Part shown: piece by piece, positions 49,456-58,058 of the stretch
Layout: every line of letters begins with the position of its first letter
Position numbering within the stretch: position 1 is the stretch's first letter
From: Candidatus Poribacteria bacterium
Lineage (GTDB): Bacteria > Poribacteria > WGA-4E > GCA-2687025
Reading direction: 5' to 3'
Length of the DNA stretch: 64,000 bases
Assembly: GCA_963665845.2 (NCBI GenBank)
Contig: OY762492.1
Span: forward strand, 832,001-896,000
Notes under the pieces: model-generated
Told to the model about the DNA's origin: nothing
The model's input: only the letters and a program-made list of their open reading frames with translations
The model's database searches: none
Program-made: the position numbers and the translations under genes

Positions 49456-50589
49456 ATGCGTAGACTTTTTCGGATTGCATCGATTGCGGCGTTCGCGGCG
49501 TTTCTAGCGTCCAGCGCGGGCGCGCTTCAACCCTCGCAGCATGGCAGCGAGGCAATGCGTTACCTTTCCGCTCTTCATCCCGACGAGCAAGCTCTGCTTG
49601 TTATCGACATCGCCGGCTTTGAAGGCACCGGAATTCTTGACCTGCTCCAAGAAGAGCTGCTCAAAATGCCGGGGATCGGAGACATTCTTCTTGGGACGAA
49701 CAGCCATATCCATGAGCTTGTTCAAAAGGCGTATCTCTCTCTTCCCGACCTCCGCGCGCTGGACTTCGAAGCGGGCATTGAAATGCCGTTGATGCTGCTG
49801 GAAACGGACCTGCCCAAGAACATGATTCGGGATCTTTTCAGCGGCATGGGGGAGGAGGCGCCGAAGCGCATTGAGGCGGAAAACGCCGTTCTGTGGGTGT
49901 TTCGAGACGAGGAAGGCGACCATGCGCTCGCCGAGCTGCCAAACGGGCTGATCGGTTTAGGCAACCTGCCGACCGTACAGAAGATGTCAAGAATGGCCGC
50001 CGGCAAGGAGAATCAAGAGGCGCAAACGCCCGCCAAATACGGACCGGCGCTTCAAATGTACTATGACGCTCAATCGCCCGAAGCGGCGGCGGCGGGGCAT
50101 ACGCTCGTCTGGATAGGCGCGGCGCATTTGGGCAAGTTGTACCCCCCTGAACTGGCGCATTCCGGCTTTCCGTATCTGCCTCAAACCGCTTCGATGCGGT
50201 TTTTGAGAACGCCGACAGACTCCTATAAAGCGACTTTTGGCGCCTACTGGGCGGAGACTCTCGGTGCGCATGTTGCGAAACTAAACTACACCGCGACGGT
50301 TCATCCGGAAAACATGCTTGATTTCCTCTCCAAGATACTGCCGCAAGGCGTCTACACCGCCGAGGGCGTCATCGATTACGATCCCGATATGGCGGAGCTG
50401 CGGGAGGGTCTAGAGGAGCTGCGCGCGTTTATTGACCGCAACCCCGACATGGATGAAATCGTTTTTGAAATCGACATCTCGCTGGATGAAGGCGGCGCGA
50501 CCGTTGAAGCCGAATCGAGCGGCGAGATGATGGATGAGATCGTTCGGTCGATCAAAGAAGAAATGCAAAAATCGCCTGAAGAATACTAG
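49456..50589 (+). CDS. Hypothetical secreted protein
   Basis: Signal peptide (AGA), 377-aa acidic ORF, TTGCGA-17bp-TAGAAT upstream. Confidence 0.8.
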   Translation: MRRLFRIASIAAFAAFLASSAGALQPSQHGSEAMRYLSALHPDEQALLVIDIAGFEGTGILDLLQEELLKMPGIGDILLGTNSHIHELVQKAYLSLPDLRALDFEAGIEMPLMLLETDLPKNMIRDLFSGMGEEAPKRIEAENAVLWVFRDEEGDHALAELPNGLIGLGNLPTVQKMSRMAAGKENQEAQTPAKYGPALQMYYDAQSPEAAAAGHTLVWIGAAHLGKLYPPELAHSGFPYLPQTASMRFLRTPTDSYKATFGAYWAETLGAHVAKLNYTATVHPENMLDFLSKILPQGVYTAEGVIDYDPDMAELREGLEELRAFIDRNPDMDEIVFEIDISLDEGGATVEAESSGEMMDEIVRSIKEEMQKSPEEY

Positions 50590-50593
50590 GAGG

Positions 50594-52450
50594 ATGCCTC
50601 CCGTGAATCGTTTGCTTGCTCTCGCCGCCGCTGCCGCCGTATGTTTTTCAGCCGCCGCAGAAGACGCGCGGCAGATCTCGCCCAAGCACAATGTGCTGGA
50701 AGAATCGCCCGCCGGCGCGCTCATTCAGATTGGAGCGTCGATCGGAAAATTTGAGCTGACTACTCTGGACGGAAAAACCGCCCAGTTCGGTATCGGCTCC
50801 CCCTCTCTTGTCGTCTTTACGTCCACGAGCTGCCCTGTGGCGAAGCGTTACACGACCCGTTTGAACCGCCTTTACGAGGCGTATAAGGATCGGGTTCAGA
50901 TCGCCGTTGTCTTCTCAAACGAGGGAGAAACGGCGCAAGCCGCGCGCAAACATGCGGAGGAGTTTGGGTTTCAAGTTCCTGCCGTTATGGACGGAAGCGG
51001 AGCTTTAGCGCGCCGCTTCGGCGCCTCCATGACGCCGCAGGCGTTTGCGCTGGACAAGGAGGGGCGGCTCAAATACCGCGGCGCCGTTGACGACGACCGT
51101 ATCGAAACGCGCGTCAAGCAGCATTATGTCCGCGACGCGCTGGACGATCTGATTGCCGGGCGCGACCCGATTATCGCCGAAACCGCCGCCTTCGGATGCA
51201 CCCTCCGCGCGGCTAAGGCTCCAAAGTCGACGGCGGTGACCTACGCTGAACATATCGCGCCGATTATGCAGCAGCGTTGCCAGGGCTGCCATCGAACAGG
51301 CGAAGTGGCGCCGTTCACGCTGTTGAGCTACAACGACGCGAAAACATGGGCGGCGGAGATCGCCTACTACACCAAAGCGCGTCTCATGCCGCCGTGGAAA
51401 CCGGCGCCGGGCATCGGCGATTTTAAACACAGCCGGCGCATGTCCGACGAAGAGCTGGACCTGATTGCCAAATGGGTTGAGGCGGGCGCGCCGGCGGGCG
51501 ACCTGTCCAAAGCGCCGAAAGCGCTCAAATTCCCTGAAGGATGGGTTCTGGGCGAGCCGGACTATGTGGTTCAGATGGAGCGGGAATATCTTGTCGGTCC
51601 TGAAGGCGAAGACGAATACCGCCATTTTGTGATCCCGACCGACTTTGAGACCGATATGTATGTCCAAGCGGTCGACCTGGAACCGGGCAACCGCCAGACG
51701 GTGCATCATGTCATCATCTATCTGGATGTGAACGGGGAAGCGCGGAAACTGGACGCCCAGCAGGAAGGGTACGGATACGCCACCTCCGGCGGAGGCGCGG
51801 GCTTTGATGTGTCCGGAACGCTCGGCGGATGGGCGCCCGGCGTGACGCCGACCGTACTGCCGGACGGCGTCGCCTACCTTCTGCCGAAAGGCGCCGACAT
51901 CATCCTGCAGGTGCATTACTACCGCACCGGCAAGCCTGAACGCGACCTGTCTAAAGCGGGCTTGTACTTCTCCAAAACGCCCAACCCGGCGCCGCTGCGC
52001 ACCGGAAGCGCCATCAACACGGAGTTTGAAATACCGCCGGGCGCCAAAAACCATTCCGTCGCGGCGACCGAGCAGATCAAACAGGACATCATCCTGTTCG
52101 GCGTCGGACCGCATATGCATCTCCTCGGACGCGATATGAAGATGCATGCAAACCTGCCGGGCGGAGAAAAAATGGACCTGATCTACATCAGCGACTGGGA
52201 TTTCAACTGGCAGGACGCGTACCATTACAAGAAGCCGATCTTCTTGCCGGCAGGCTCCTCGATTGAGATTCTGGCGCACTTTGACAACTCGGCGGAAAAC
52301 CCGAACAACCCGAACGATCCGCCGATACCCGTTCGATGGGGCGAAAAAACGACCGACGAAATGGCGATCGGATTCTTTTACTATGTCCATGCGGACGAGT
52401 ACAAGAAGGAGACCGCGTCAGCCCCCTCCGAGCAGCTGGGCGAGAATTGA
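50594..52450 (+). CDS. Secreted redoxin + c-type heme + copper type II (PHM/DBM-like) monooxygenase-domain protein
   Basis: SCPV redoxin (YRGAVDD..FGC), CQGCH, VHH, QVHY, PHMH, WDFNWQ, DEM. Confidence 0.85.
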   Translation: MPPVNRLLALAAAAAVCFSAAAEDARQISPKHNVLEESPAGALIQIGASIGKFELTTLDGKTAQFGIGSPSLVVFTSTSCPVAKRYTTRLNRLYEAYKDRVQIAVVFSNEGETAQAARKHAEEFGFQVPAVMDGSGALARRFGASMTPQAFALDKEGRLKYRGAVDDDRIETRVKQHYVRDALDDLIAGRDPIIAETAAFGCTLRAAKAPKSTAVTYAEHIAPIMQQRCQGCHRTGEVAPFTLLSYNDAKTWAAEIAYYTKARLMPPWKPAPGIGDFKHSRRMSDEELDLIAKWVEAGAPAGDLSKAPKALKFPEGWVLGEPDYVVQMEREYLVGPEGEDEYRHFVIPTDFETDMYVQAVDLEPGNRQTVHHVIIYLDVNGEARKLDAQQEGYGYATSGGGAGFDVSGTLGGWAPGVTPTVLPDGVAYLLPKGADIILQVHYYRTGKPERDLSKAGLYFSKTPNPAPLRTGSAINTEFEIPPGAKNHSVAATEQIKQDIILFGVGPHMHLLGRDMKMHANLPGGEKMDLIYISDWDFNWQDAYHYKKPIFLPAGSSIEILAHFDNSAENPNNPNDPPIPVRWGEKTTDEMAIGFFYYVHADEYKKETASAPSEQLGEN

Positions 52451-53014
52451 TTCCAAACCCTTGCGCTGAAGGGCGCGCGGCATCGACTCGACGCCGCGCC
52501 CTTCAGCCTGCTTCGGCAGATACGGCAGATGAACGAAACCGACGCGCGTCTTTAAACCGAGCGACGACGCCGTATGCAAGCCCGCAAACAGAACCTCGTT
52601 GCAGCAGTAGGAGCCGGCGCTCAACGAAGCGCGCGCGGGAACGCCCTCCGAACGCAGCGCCTCAACCAGCCGCGTAACGGGGAAGGGGGAGAAGTAAGCG
52701 TCCGGCGCGCCCTGTATGACCGCCTCGTCTCGATGCTCTCCATGATCAAAGTAATTGACGCCGACCCGCTCCAGCGCCAGCGCGGACGATCCCGCCGCCA
52801 GCCCCGTCAACAGCGCGATCTCTGGCGCATCGCGTTTTATGAGCGACTGTATGCGTCGGCTCGCTTCTTTAAAAACGACCGGCAGAACATGCCCCTCTAT
52901 GCGCGCGTTCAGCGTATGGGACGCTGCAATCTCCAGCGCCAGCTCGCCGGACGGGTTCCGTTCATCCCCGCCGAACGGCTCAAAACCGGCAATCAGAACG
53001 CGCGGCGCGCTCAA
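52418..53014 (-). CDS. pcp: Pyroglutamyl-peptidase I
   Basis: GFEPFGG..NPS, LER, SAGSYCCN, GFVHLP; overlaps the convergent gene by 33 bp. Confidence 0.92.
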   Translation of the reverse strand: MSAPRVLIAGFEPFGGDERNPSGELALEIAASHTLNARIEGHVLPVVFKEASRRIQSLIKRDAPEIALLTGLAAGSSALALERVGVNYFDHGEHRDEAVIQGAPDAYFSPFPVTRLVEALRSEGVPARASLSAGSYCCNEVLFAGLHTASSLGLKTRVGFVHLPYLPKQAEGRGVESMPRALQRKGLESILAQLLGGG

Positions 53015-54006
53015 AACGTCTCCGGGTAGATGCGTATGGAGCCGGTGAAAATGCCGCCCGGCGGAAGAACGATGAGACCCGCCTCTATTCCCCGCGCCTC
53101 CAAATTCGCCGCGTCGGTCGGGCATGTGTACGGCTCTATGCAGAGCGAACGGCGGTTCGGCGGCGTGTATAAAACCAGCTCCCGAAACTCTTTGCCGCTT
53201 TCTAAGACGGTTCGGAGACGAATCGCGCGGTCCTCAATGAAGCAGCGGGAGACGCCGTTTTGTTCATGTTTAACCTGCGTGAAAAGGTCGTCGAACGACA
53301 TGCCTTCAAACGGCTGCCCTTTGCGCAGATCGAAGCTGCCGGAGACGGGCAGAATGCGTCCCGTCGGCAGCAGCTCCTCCAGCTCCCAGTAAGCGTCCGC
53401 GGGGACGAACGCGGCGCAGTCAGACGGGTCCGTCTCCTCTCCGATGGGGGCGGAGAAGTAGGGATGGAATCCGACGCCCATCGGCATGTCGTCGCCGCCG
53501 GCGTTCAGCGCCGAGAAGGTCAACTGCAGCGCCCCGCCCGCCAGCGTGTAACCCGTTGTCAAATGGAACGGAAACGGGTACTGCTCCAAAACGCCCTCGG
53601 CGCTCTCCGCGGCAAACGACATGGCGCAGGCGGCAAACTCCTCCCCCGCCTCCAACGACTGAATCGTCCATGGTCGGTTGTACACTAGCCCGTGGAGATG
53701 ATGGCCGGCGGCTTGGACATTCTCAAACTGATAAGTTTTGCCGCGGAATGTCCATGCTCCGTTTCGGACGCGGTTTGGGAACGGAAACAGGATCGGTATG
53801 CCGCGTCCGGTCGGGTTGTCGGCGGCGGTCTTCGGTTCTGCTTTTTCTAAAAGATGGACGGTGTCGCCGCCGCGCAGCAGATCGTACGCATAACAGTTCG
53901 CGCCGGCGGAGGGCAGGATGCGCGCGCGTTGACCCCGCGCCTCGTCCAGCAGCTCCACAACGGAGACGCCGCCCTCTTGCGTTTCGCGGGCGGAAAACGC
54001 GCTCAT
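53011..54006 (-). CDS. Aldose 1-epimerase family protein
   Basis: LFPFPNR, LHG, YPF, GFHPYF, FDD, CIEP. Confidence 0.92.
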   Translation of the reverse strand: MSAFSARETQEGGVSVVELLDEARGQRARILPSAGANCYAYDLLRGGDTVHLLEKAEPKTAADNPTGRGIPILFPFPNRVRNGAWTFRGKTYQFENVQAAGHHLHGLVYNRPWTIQSLEAGEEFAACAMSFAAESAEGVLEQYPFPFHLTTGYTLAGGALQLTFSALNAGGDDMPMGVGFHPYFSAPIGEETDPSDCAAFVPADAYWELEELLPTGRILPVSGSFDLRKGQPFEGMSFDDLFTQVKHEQNGVSRCFIEDRAIRLRTVLESGKEFRELVLYTPPNRRSLCIEPYTCPTDAANLEARGIEAGLIVLPPGGIFTGSIRIYPETF

Positions 54007-54782
54007 CGCGCCTTTTTCGGCGGTTCCAGCGCGCTTTGAACGCCCGGAAATTCATGCCAGATGTCCGTATAGCCGGCGAAACCCGGCGGCTCCAGACGCT
54101 TGCTGCGAACGCGGAAGATAGCGGCGTAACGAATGTTGGGAGAAGCGTTTGGGCAGGCGCCATGCATCATCTGATAATGCGCGAGAACGGCGTCGCCCGG
54201 CTCCCCCGTCACCATGACCCGCTTTTCAGGCAGCTCAAAGCGCGGCAGCCCGTTCGCCAGAACCTCATGCCCATGCTGTTTGAAGTGCGCCTCGTAAGCG
54301 GCGTGCGACTTCGGCCAGACGGTGAAATTGCCGCTGAACTCGTTGGGAACGTCCGAGAGATAAACGACCGCAAACATGGAGAAACCGCGCCGATAGCTGC
54401 CCTTCGGTTGACCGTTGCGTCCGTTGCCCAGCCCGTCCAGATGTCCGTTCGGCTCCCTGGGGTCCGCCATCGGCGGCATCGGGAATCGCAGGGCGATCTG
54501 TCCGCCGCGGATCTGATGAAACCCCTCCTTGCCCAAGAGCGAGCCGGCGGCGTCGTTCAACGGCGTTTTGTTGAACAGGTCGACGACAACCTCCGCGTTG
54601 CGCAGCTCGTCGCAATGCTGGCCGTCGCGGTTGCGGTCGGGTCGGTCGTCCCCCCTGCCGACATTGCCGACAGAGTGGTTGATCGCTCTCCGCGCCTTTT
54701 CGACCATGATCTTCGGAACGGCGCCCGGTATTTTCAACCAACCCTGCTCATGAAACTGCAATTTTTGCTGCCGCGTCAACAT
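54003..54782 (-). CDS. Phytanoyl-CoA dioxygenase (PhyH) family 2OG-Fe(II) oxygenase
   Basis: F.EQGW, HLD, VWPKSH, PGD..H...H, R. Confidence 0.88.
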   Translation of the reverse strand: MLTRQQKLQFHEQGWLKIPGAVPKIMVEKARRAINHSVGNVGRGDDRPDRNRDGQHCDELRNAEVVVDLFNKTPLNDAAGSLLGKEGFHQIRGGQIALRFPMPPMADPREPNGHLDGLGNGRNGQPKGSYRRGFSMFAVVYLSDVPNEFSGNFTVWPKSHAAYEAHFKQHGHEVLANGLPRFELPEKRVMVTGEPGDAVLAHYQMMHGACPNASPNIRYAAIFRVRSKRLEPPGFAGYTDIWHEFPGVQSALEPPKKAR

Positions 54783-54892
54783 AGCGATCTCCTGTTGCCT
54801 GTATGGACCCGCATGCTAGCGCCGATCTGGGCTGCGCGCAAGCGTCTCTTGTTCAAGACAGTCTCTATAGTCGATGAGGACATGCATTGCGC

Positions 54893-55012
54893 GCGGCTAA
54901 ACCCCCCCAGCCCCCCTTTTCAAGGGGGAGGCTAGAAACCCGCCAGCCCCCTTTTCAAGGGGGAGTCTAGAAACCCGCCAGCCCCCCTTTTCAAGGGGGA
55001 GTCTGGAAACGC
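54893..55012. repeat. Three tandem copies (~35 bp) of the family B palindrome
   Basis: CAGCCCCCCTTTTCAAGGGGGAG[GT]CT[AG]GAAAC three times. Confidence 0.9.
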
Positions 55013-55018
55013 CGCGCC

Positions 55019-56008
55019 CTATCCGCTGTCAGCGTCCAGCTCATCGAGAAGCGATTGGGCGTATCGGCGCAGCTCCACGTGGTTTTCGCTTGTCGGTCCG
55101 CTTTCTGGGATGAGCGCGTAACGCAGGAACGCCTTCTGGGCGTCCAACGGCGAGCCGACGCTGTGCCAACGCCCCTCCAGCTCAACAGCGAAAAGAGAGC
55201 CGTTTGCGGCGTTTTGTCGAAGAAGGGCGGTGAAATCCAGCTCCCGATGCACGGCGCCCTCCGCGCCGGCGAGAAAACGCATGTCGTCCGCCGAAATCGC
55301 ATACCGCCCCGCCACTGCCAGATAGGTTTCCTCTCCGTCGATCATGTTCGGAGAGGGGTCGGCAGGCTTCTCCTCCATGTCCAACACGCGGTACGCCGCC
55401 CTGCCGGTGAAACCGCTCGGCATCTCCATCGGTTCGCTTTCCACCAGAACGACGCCGAAGCGTCTCGCTTCTTCTTTTGACACTCTCTGAACGGCGGCGA
55501 CCGTTCCGCCGAGGCTTCTCCGCCCAGAGATCAGCTGCGCCATCGCCGGCGACGCCGCATGTACAATGTCATCCCCCAGGGCGACGCACGCGCCGTCAAA
55601 CTCTTCAGCAAAAAAAATATCCGCGGCCAGCGCGGTCGCGTCGCCGAAACCGCGCGGCTCCGTCTGAACGACGCACTCGGCGCGTTTGAAACGGGGAAGG
55701 GCGCGTATCTGCTCCATCTCCGCCGTCTTGCCCCGTTTCATAAGATACTCGGCAAAGTCGGGGTCCTGCCCGCATGGGTCCCAAAAACGCTGAACGGCGC
55801 GCGCCGCCTCCTCAGATGAAACGACCGCGGCAACATGCTCAATGCCGCTGCGTTCCGCTTCGCGCAGGATCGTTTCCAGTACCGTCGCCCCGTCAACGCC
55901 CGCGTTCACGAGCGCTTTCATCTTGGCGCCGTAGCCTGTCAAGGGCAGCGCGCGGGTCGCGTATCCGCCCGCCGCGATGATGAGCAAGTAGCCGCTAGAC
56001 CGAGTCAT
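55019..56008 (-). CDS. Divergent GalU-like sugar-phosphate nucleotidyltransferase
   Basis: AAGGYATRALPLT, VQTEPRGFGDA, LGDD, EEKP, GRY. Confidence 0.8.
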   Translation of the reverse strand: MTRSSGYLLIIAAGGYATRALPLTGYGAKMKALVNAGVDGATVLETILREAERSGIEHVAAVVSSEEAARAVQRFWDPCGQDPDFAEYLMKRGKTAEMEQIRALPRFKRAECVVQTEPRGFGDATALAADIFFAEEFDGACVALGDDIVHAASPAMAQLISGRRSLGGTVAAVQRVSKEEARRFGVVLVESEPMEMPSGFTGRAAYRVLDMEEKPADPSPNMIDGEETYLAVAGRYAISADDMRFLAGAEGAVHRELDFTALLRQNAANGSLFAVELEGRWHSVGSPLDAQKAFLRYALIPESGPTSENHVELRRYAQSLLDELDADSG

Positions 56009-56065
56009 CGTTCTCCTCCGCCCCCTTAGAATAGCGCCGTTCGAGCGCGAACGGAACCGCTTGAC

Positions 56066-56232
56066 CTGACCTTACGTCTTTAGTTGGGACATGCCGCTGT
56101 GCGAACGCGGACGTTGTCTGCGGCTCCTCTAGATTCCCGCTTACGCGGGAATGACGGTCTGGTTGGCGACGCTTTTCCCCATGAATAAAGGCTTTGGTCA
56201 TTTAGATGTCCCAACTTTACGCATGAGGTCAG
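56066..56232. mobile_element. MITE-like element (167 bp) with a 6-bp target-site duplication CTTGAC
   Basis: CTGACCTTACGTCTTTAGTTGGGACAT ... ATGTCCCAACTTTACGCATGAGGTCAG; CTTGAC at 56060-56065 and 56233-56238. Confidence 0.85.
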
Positions 56233-56303
56233 CTTGACGCCGAGCGCAAAGTTCGGCATGATGGGCAGAACGCTTTGAAACCTGAAGCCGCCGAGGAGAC
56301 GAT

Positions 56304-57698
56304 ATGGACCGCCGGTCTTTTTTGAAAACGCTTGGAGCCGCTTCTGCCGCCGCCCCGATGGCGAAAGCCGCCGCGCAGAACCCGCCGCCGCCCAACATTC
56401 TGTTTATTCTGCTGGACGACATGGGCTGGACGGACCTCGGCTGCTACGGAAGCGACCTGTACGAAACGCCCGCCATCGACCGCCTCGCCGAGGAGGGGAT
56501 GCGTTTCACCGACGCTTACGCCGCATGCACCGTCTGTTCGCCCTCCCGCGCCGCGGTGTTGACCGGCAACTACCCCGCCCGCATTCATCTCACCGACTGG
56601 ATCCATGGTCATGCGCGTCCAAAGGCGAAGCTGCTGCCGCCTGAATGGACGCATCATCTGCCGCTGGAAGAGCGCACCTTTGCGCGCGTCTTGAGAGAGA
56701 ACGGGTATGCGACGGCGCATGTCGGCAAGTGGCATCTCGGAAGCGAAGAGTATTGGCCGCTGGAGCATGGGTTCGATCTGAATATCGGCGGGTATGAGAA
56801 GGGGCAGCCGCCCTCCTATTTTTATCCGTACACGCGCCCTGGGTCGAACAACCCGCGCATACCGACGCTCAGCGGCGGAGAGGAGGGCGAGTATCTGACC
56901 GACCGGCTCGCCGACGAGGCGATACAGTTCATTGAACAGAACGCGAACCGCCCGTTCTGCCTCTATCTGTCCCATTACGCCGTCCATACGCCGATTCAAT
57001 CCAAAGAGAGGTGGACCGAGTACTACAGGGAGCGTGTCCAGGAGGGCGGACGGCATCAGAACCCTGCATACGCCGGGATGATTCACAGCGTGGACGAGGG
57101 CGTCGGACGGCTCATGGAGACGCTGGACAGGCTCAACATCGCCGACAACACGCTCGTCGTTTTCACAAGCGACAACGGCGGCTTGATGCGCATCACGACG
57201 AACGTTCCGCTTCGGGCGGGCAAAGGCTCCGCCTACGAAGGCGGGGTGCGGGTTCCGCTCATCGCGCGGTGGCCGGACGGCGTTCCGTCGGGAACCGTCT
57301 CCAGCGAGCCGGTGTCTGGGGTCGACTTTTTTCCGACCATCTTAGAGGCATGCGGCGCCGCTCCCGAATCGACGGACGGGCTGAGTCTCGCGCCGTTGTT
57401 TGACGACCCGTCTGCGCAGCTGGATCGGGACGGCGTCTACTGGCATTATCCGCACTACCACCCCGGCGGCGCGTCGCCCTACGGAACGGTGCGGGCGCGC
57501 GATTGGAAGCTGGTCGAGTTTTTTGAGGACAGCCGTACAGAGCTGTACCGCGTCGGGAACGATGTCGGCGAATCGGAAGACCTGTCCTCTAAGGAGGAAC
57601 GGCGCGCCGGCGACATGCTCGACATGCTGCAAGACTGGCGCGCCGCGGTGAAGGCGCAGCTGCCGGTTCCGAACCCGAATTACGAGCCGCCTGAATAG
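56304..57698 (+). CDS. Tat-exported Cys-type sulfatase
   Basis: DRRSFLK Tat motif, PNILFILLDD, CSPSRAA..TG, GKWH, SDNGG. Confidence 0.96.
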   Translation: MDRRSFLKTLGAASAAAPMAKAAAQNPPPPNILFILLDDMGWTDLGCYGSDLYETPAIDRLAEEGMRFTDAYAACTVCSPSRAAVLTGNYPARIHLTDWIHGHARPKAKLLPPEWTHHLPLEERTFARVLRENGYATAHVGKWHLGSEEYWPLEHGFDLNIGGYEKGQPPSYFYPYTRPGSNNPRIPTLSGGEEGEYLTDRLADEAIQFIEQNANRPFCLYLSHYAVHTPIQSKERWTEYYRERVQEGGRHQNPAYAGMIHSVDEGVGRLMETLDRLNIADNTLVVFTSDNGGLMRITTNVPLRAGKGSAYEGGVRVPLIARWPDGVPSGTVSSEPVSGVDFFPTILEACGAAPESTDGLSLAPLFDDPSAQLDRDGVYWHYPHYHPGGASPYGTVRARDWKLVEFFEDSRTELYRVGNDVGESEDLSSKEERRAGDMLDMLQDWRAAVKAQLPVPNPNYEPPE

Positions 57699-57715
57699 GC
57701 GAAGATCACGGCGCG

Positions 57716-58058
57716 GCGCTCGCCGTTCTGTTGGAGGCGAAAGCGTCCAGCCCGCCGACCCATGCGGTCATTCCCGCGTAAGCGGGAATCTTGAAGCCTC
57801 TATCGCCTCCAAATACGGTTTCCTGCAACGCGGTCGCTTTCGGGAACTGTCCAAGATTACGGCGATGCGCTCGCCGTTCTGTTGGAGGCGAAGGCGTCCA
57901 GTCCGCCGACCCAGGCTGTCATTCCCGCGTAAGCGGGAATCTTGAAGCGTCTATTGCCTCCAAAGACGGTTTCCTGCAACGCTGCCGCTTTCGGGAGCTG
58001 TCCAAGATTACGGCGATGCGCTCGCCGTTCTGTTGGAGGCGAAGGCGTCCAGTCCGCC
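57716..58058. repeat. 151-bp tandem repeat (about 2.3 copies) carrying family A REPs and overlapping the DsbD-like 3' end
   Basis: CGCCGTTCTGTTGGAGGCGAA at 57721, 57872 and 58023; REPs at ~57767 and 57918. Confidence 0.9.

Noticed and set aside
54893-55012. Three ~35-bp direct repeats resembling a CRISPR array
   Set aside because: The repeats abut with no unique spacers, there are no cas genes, and they are family B palindromes
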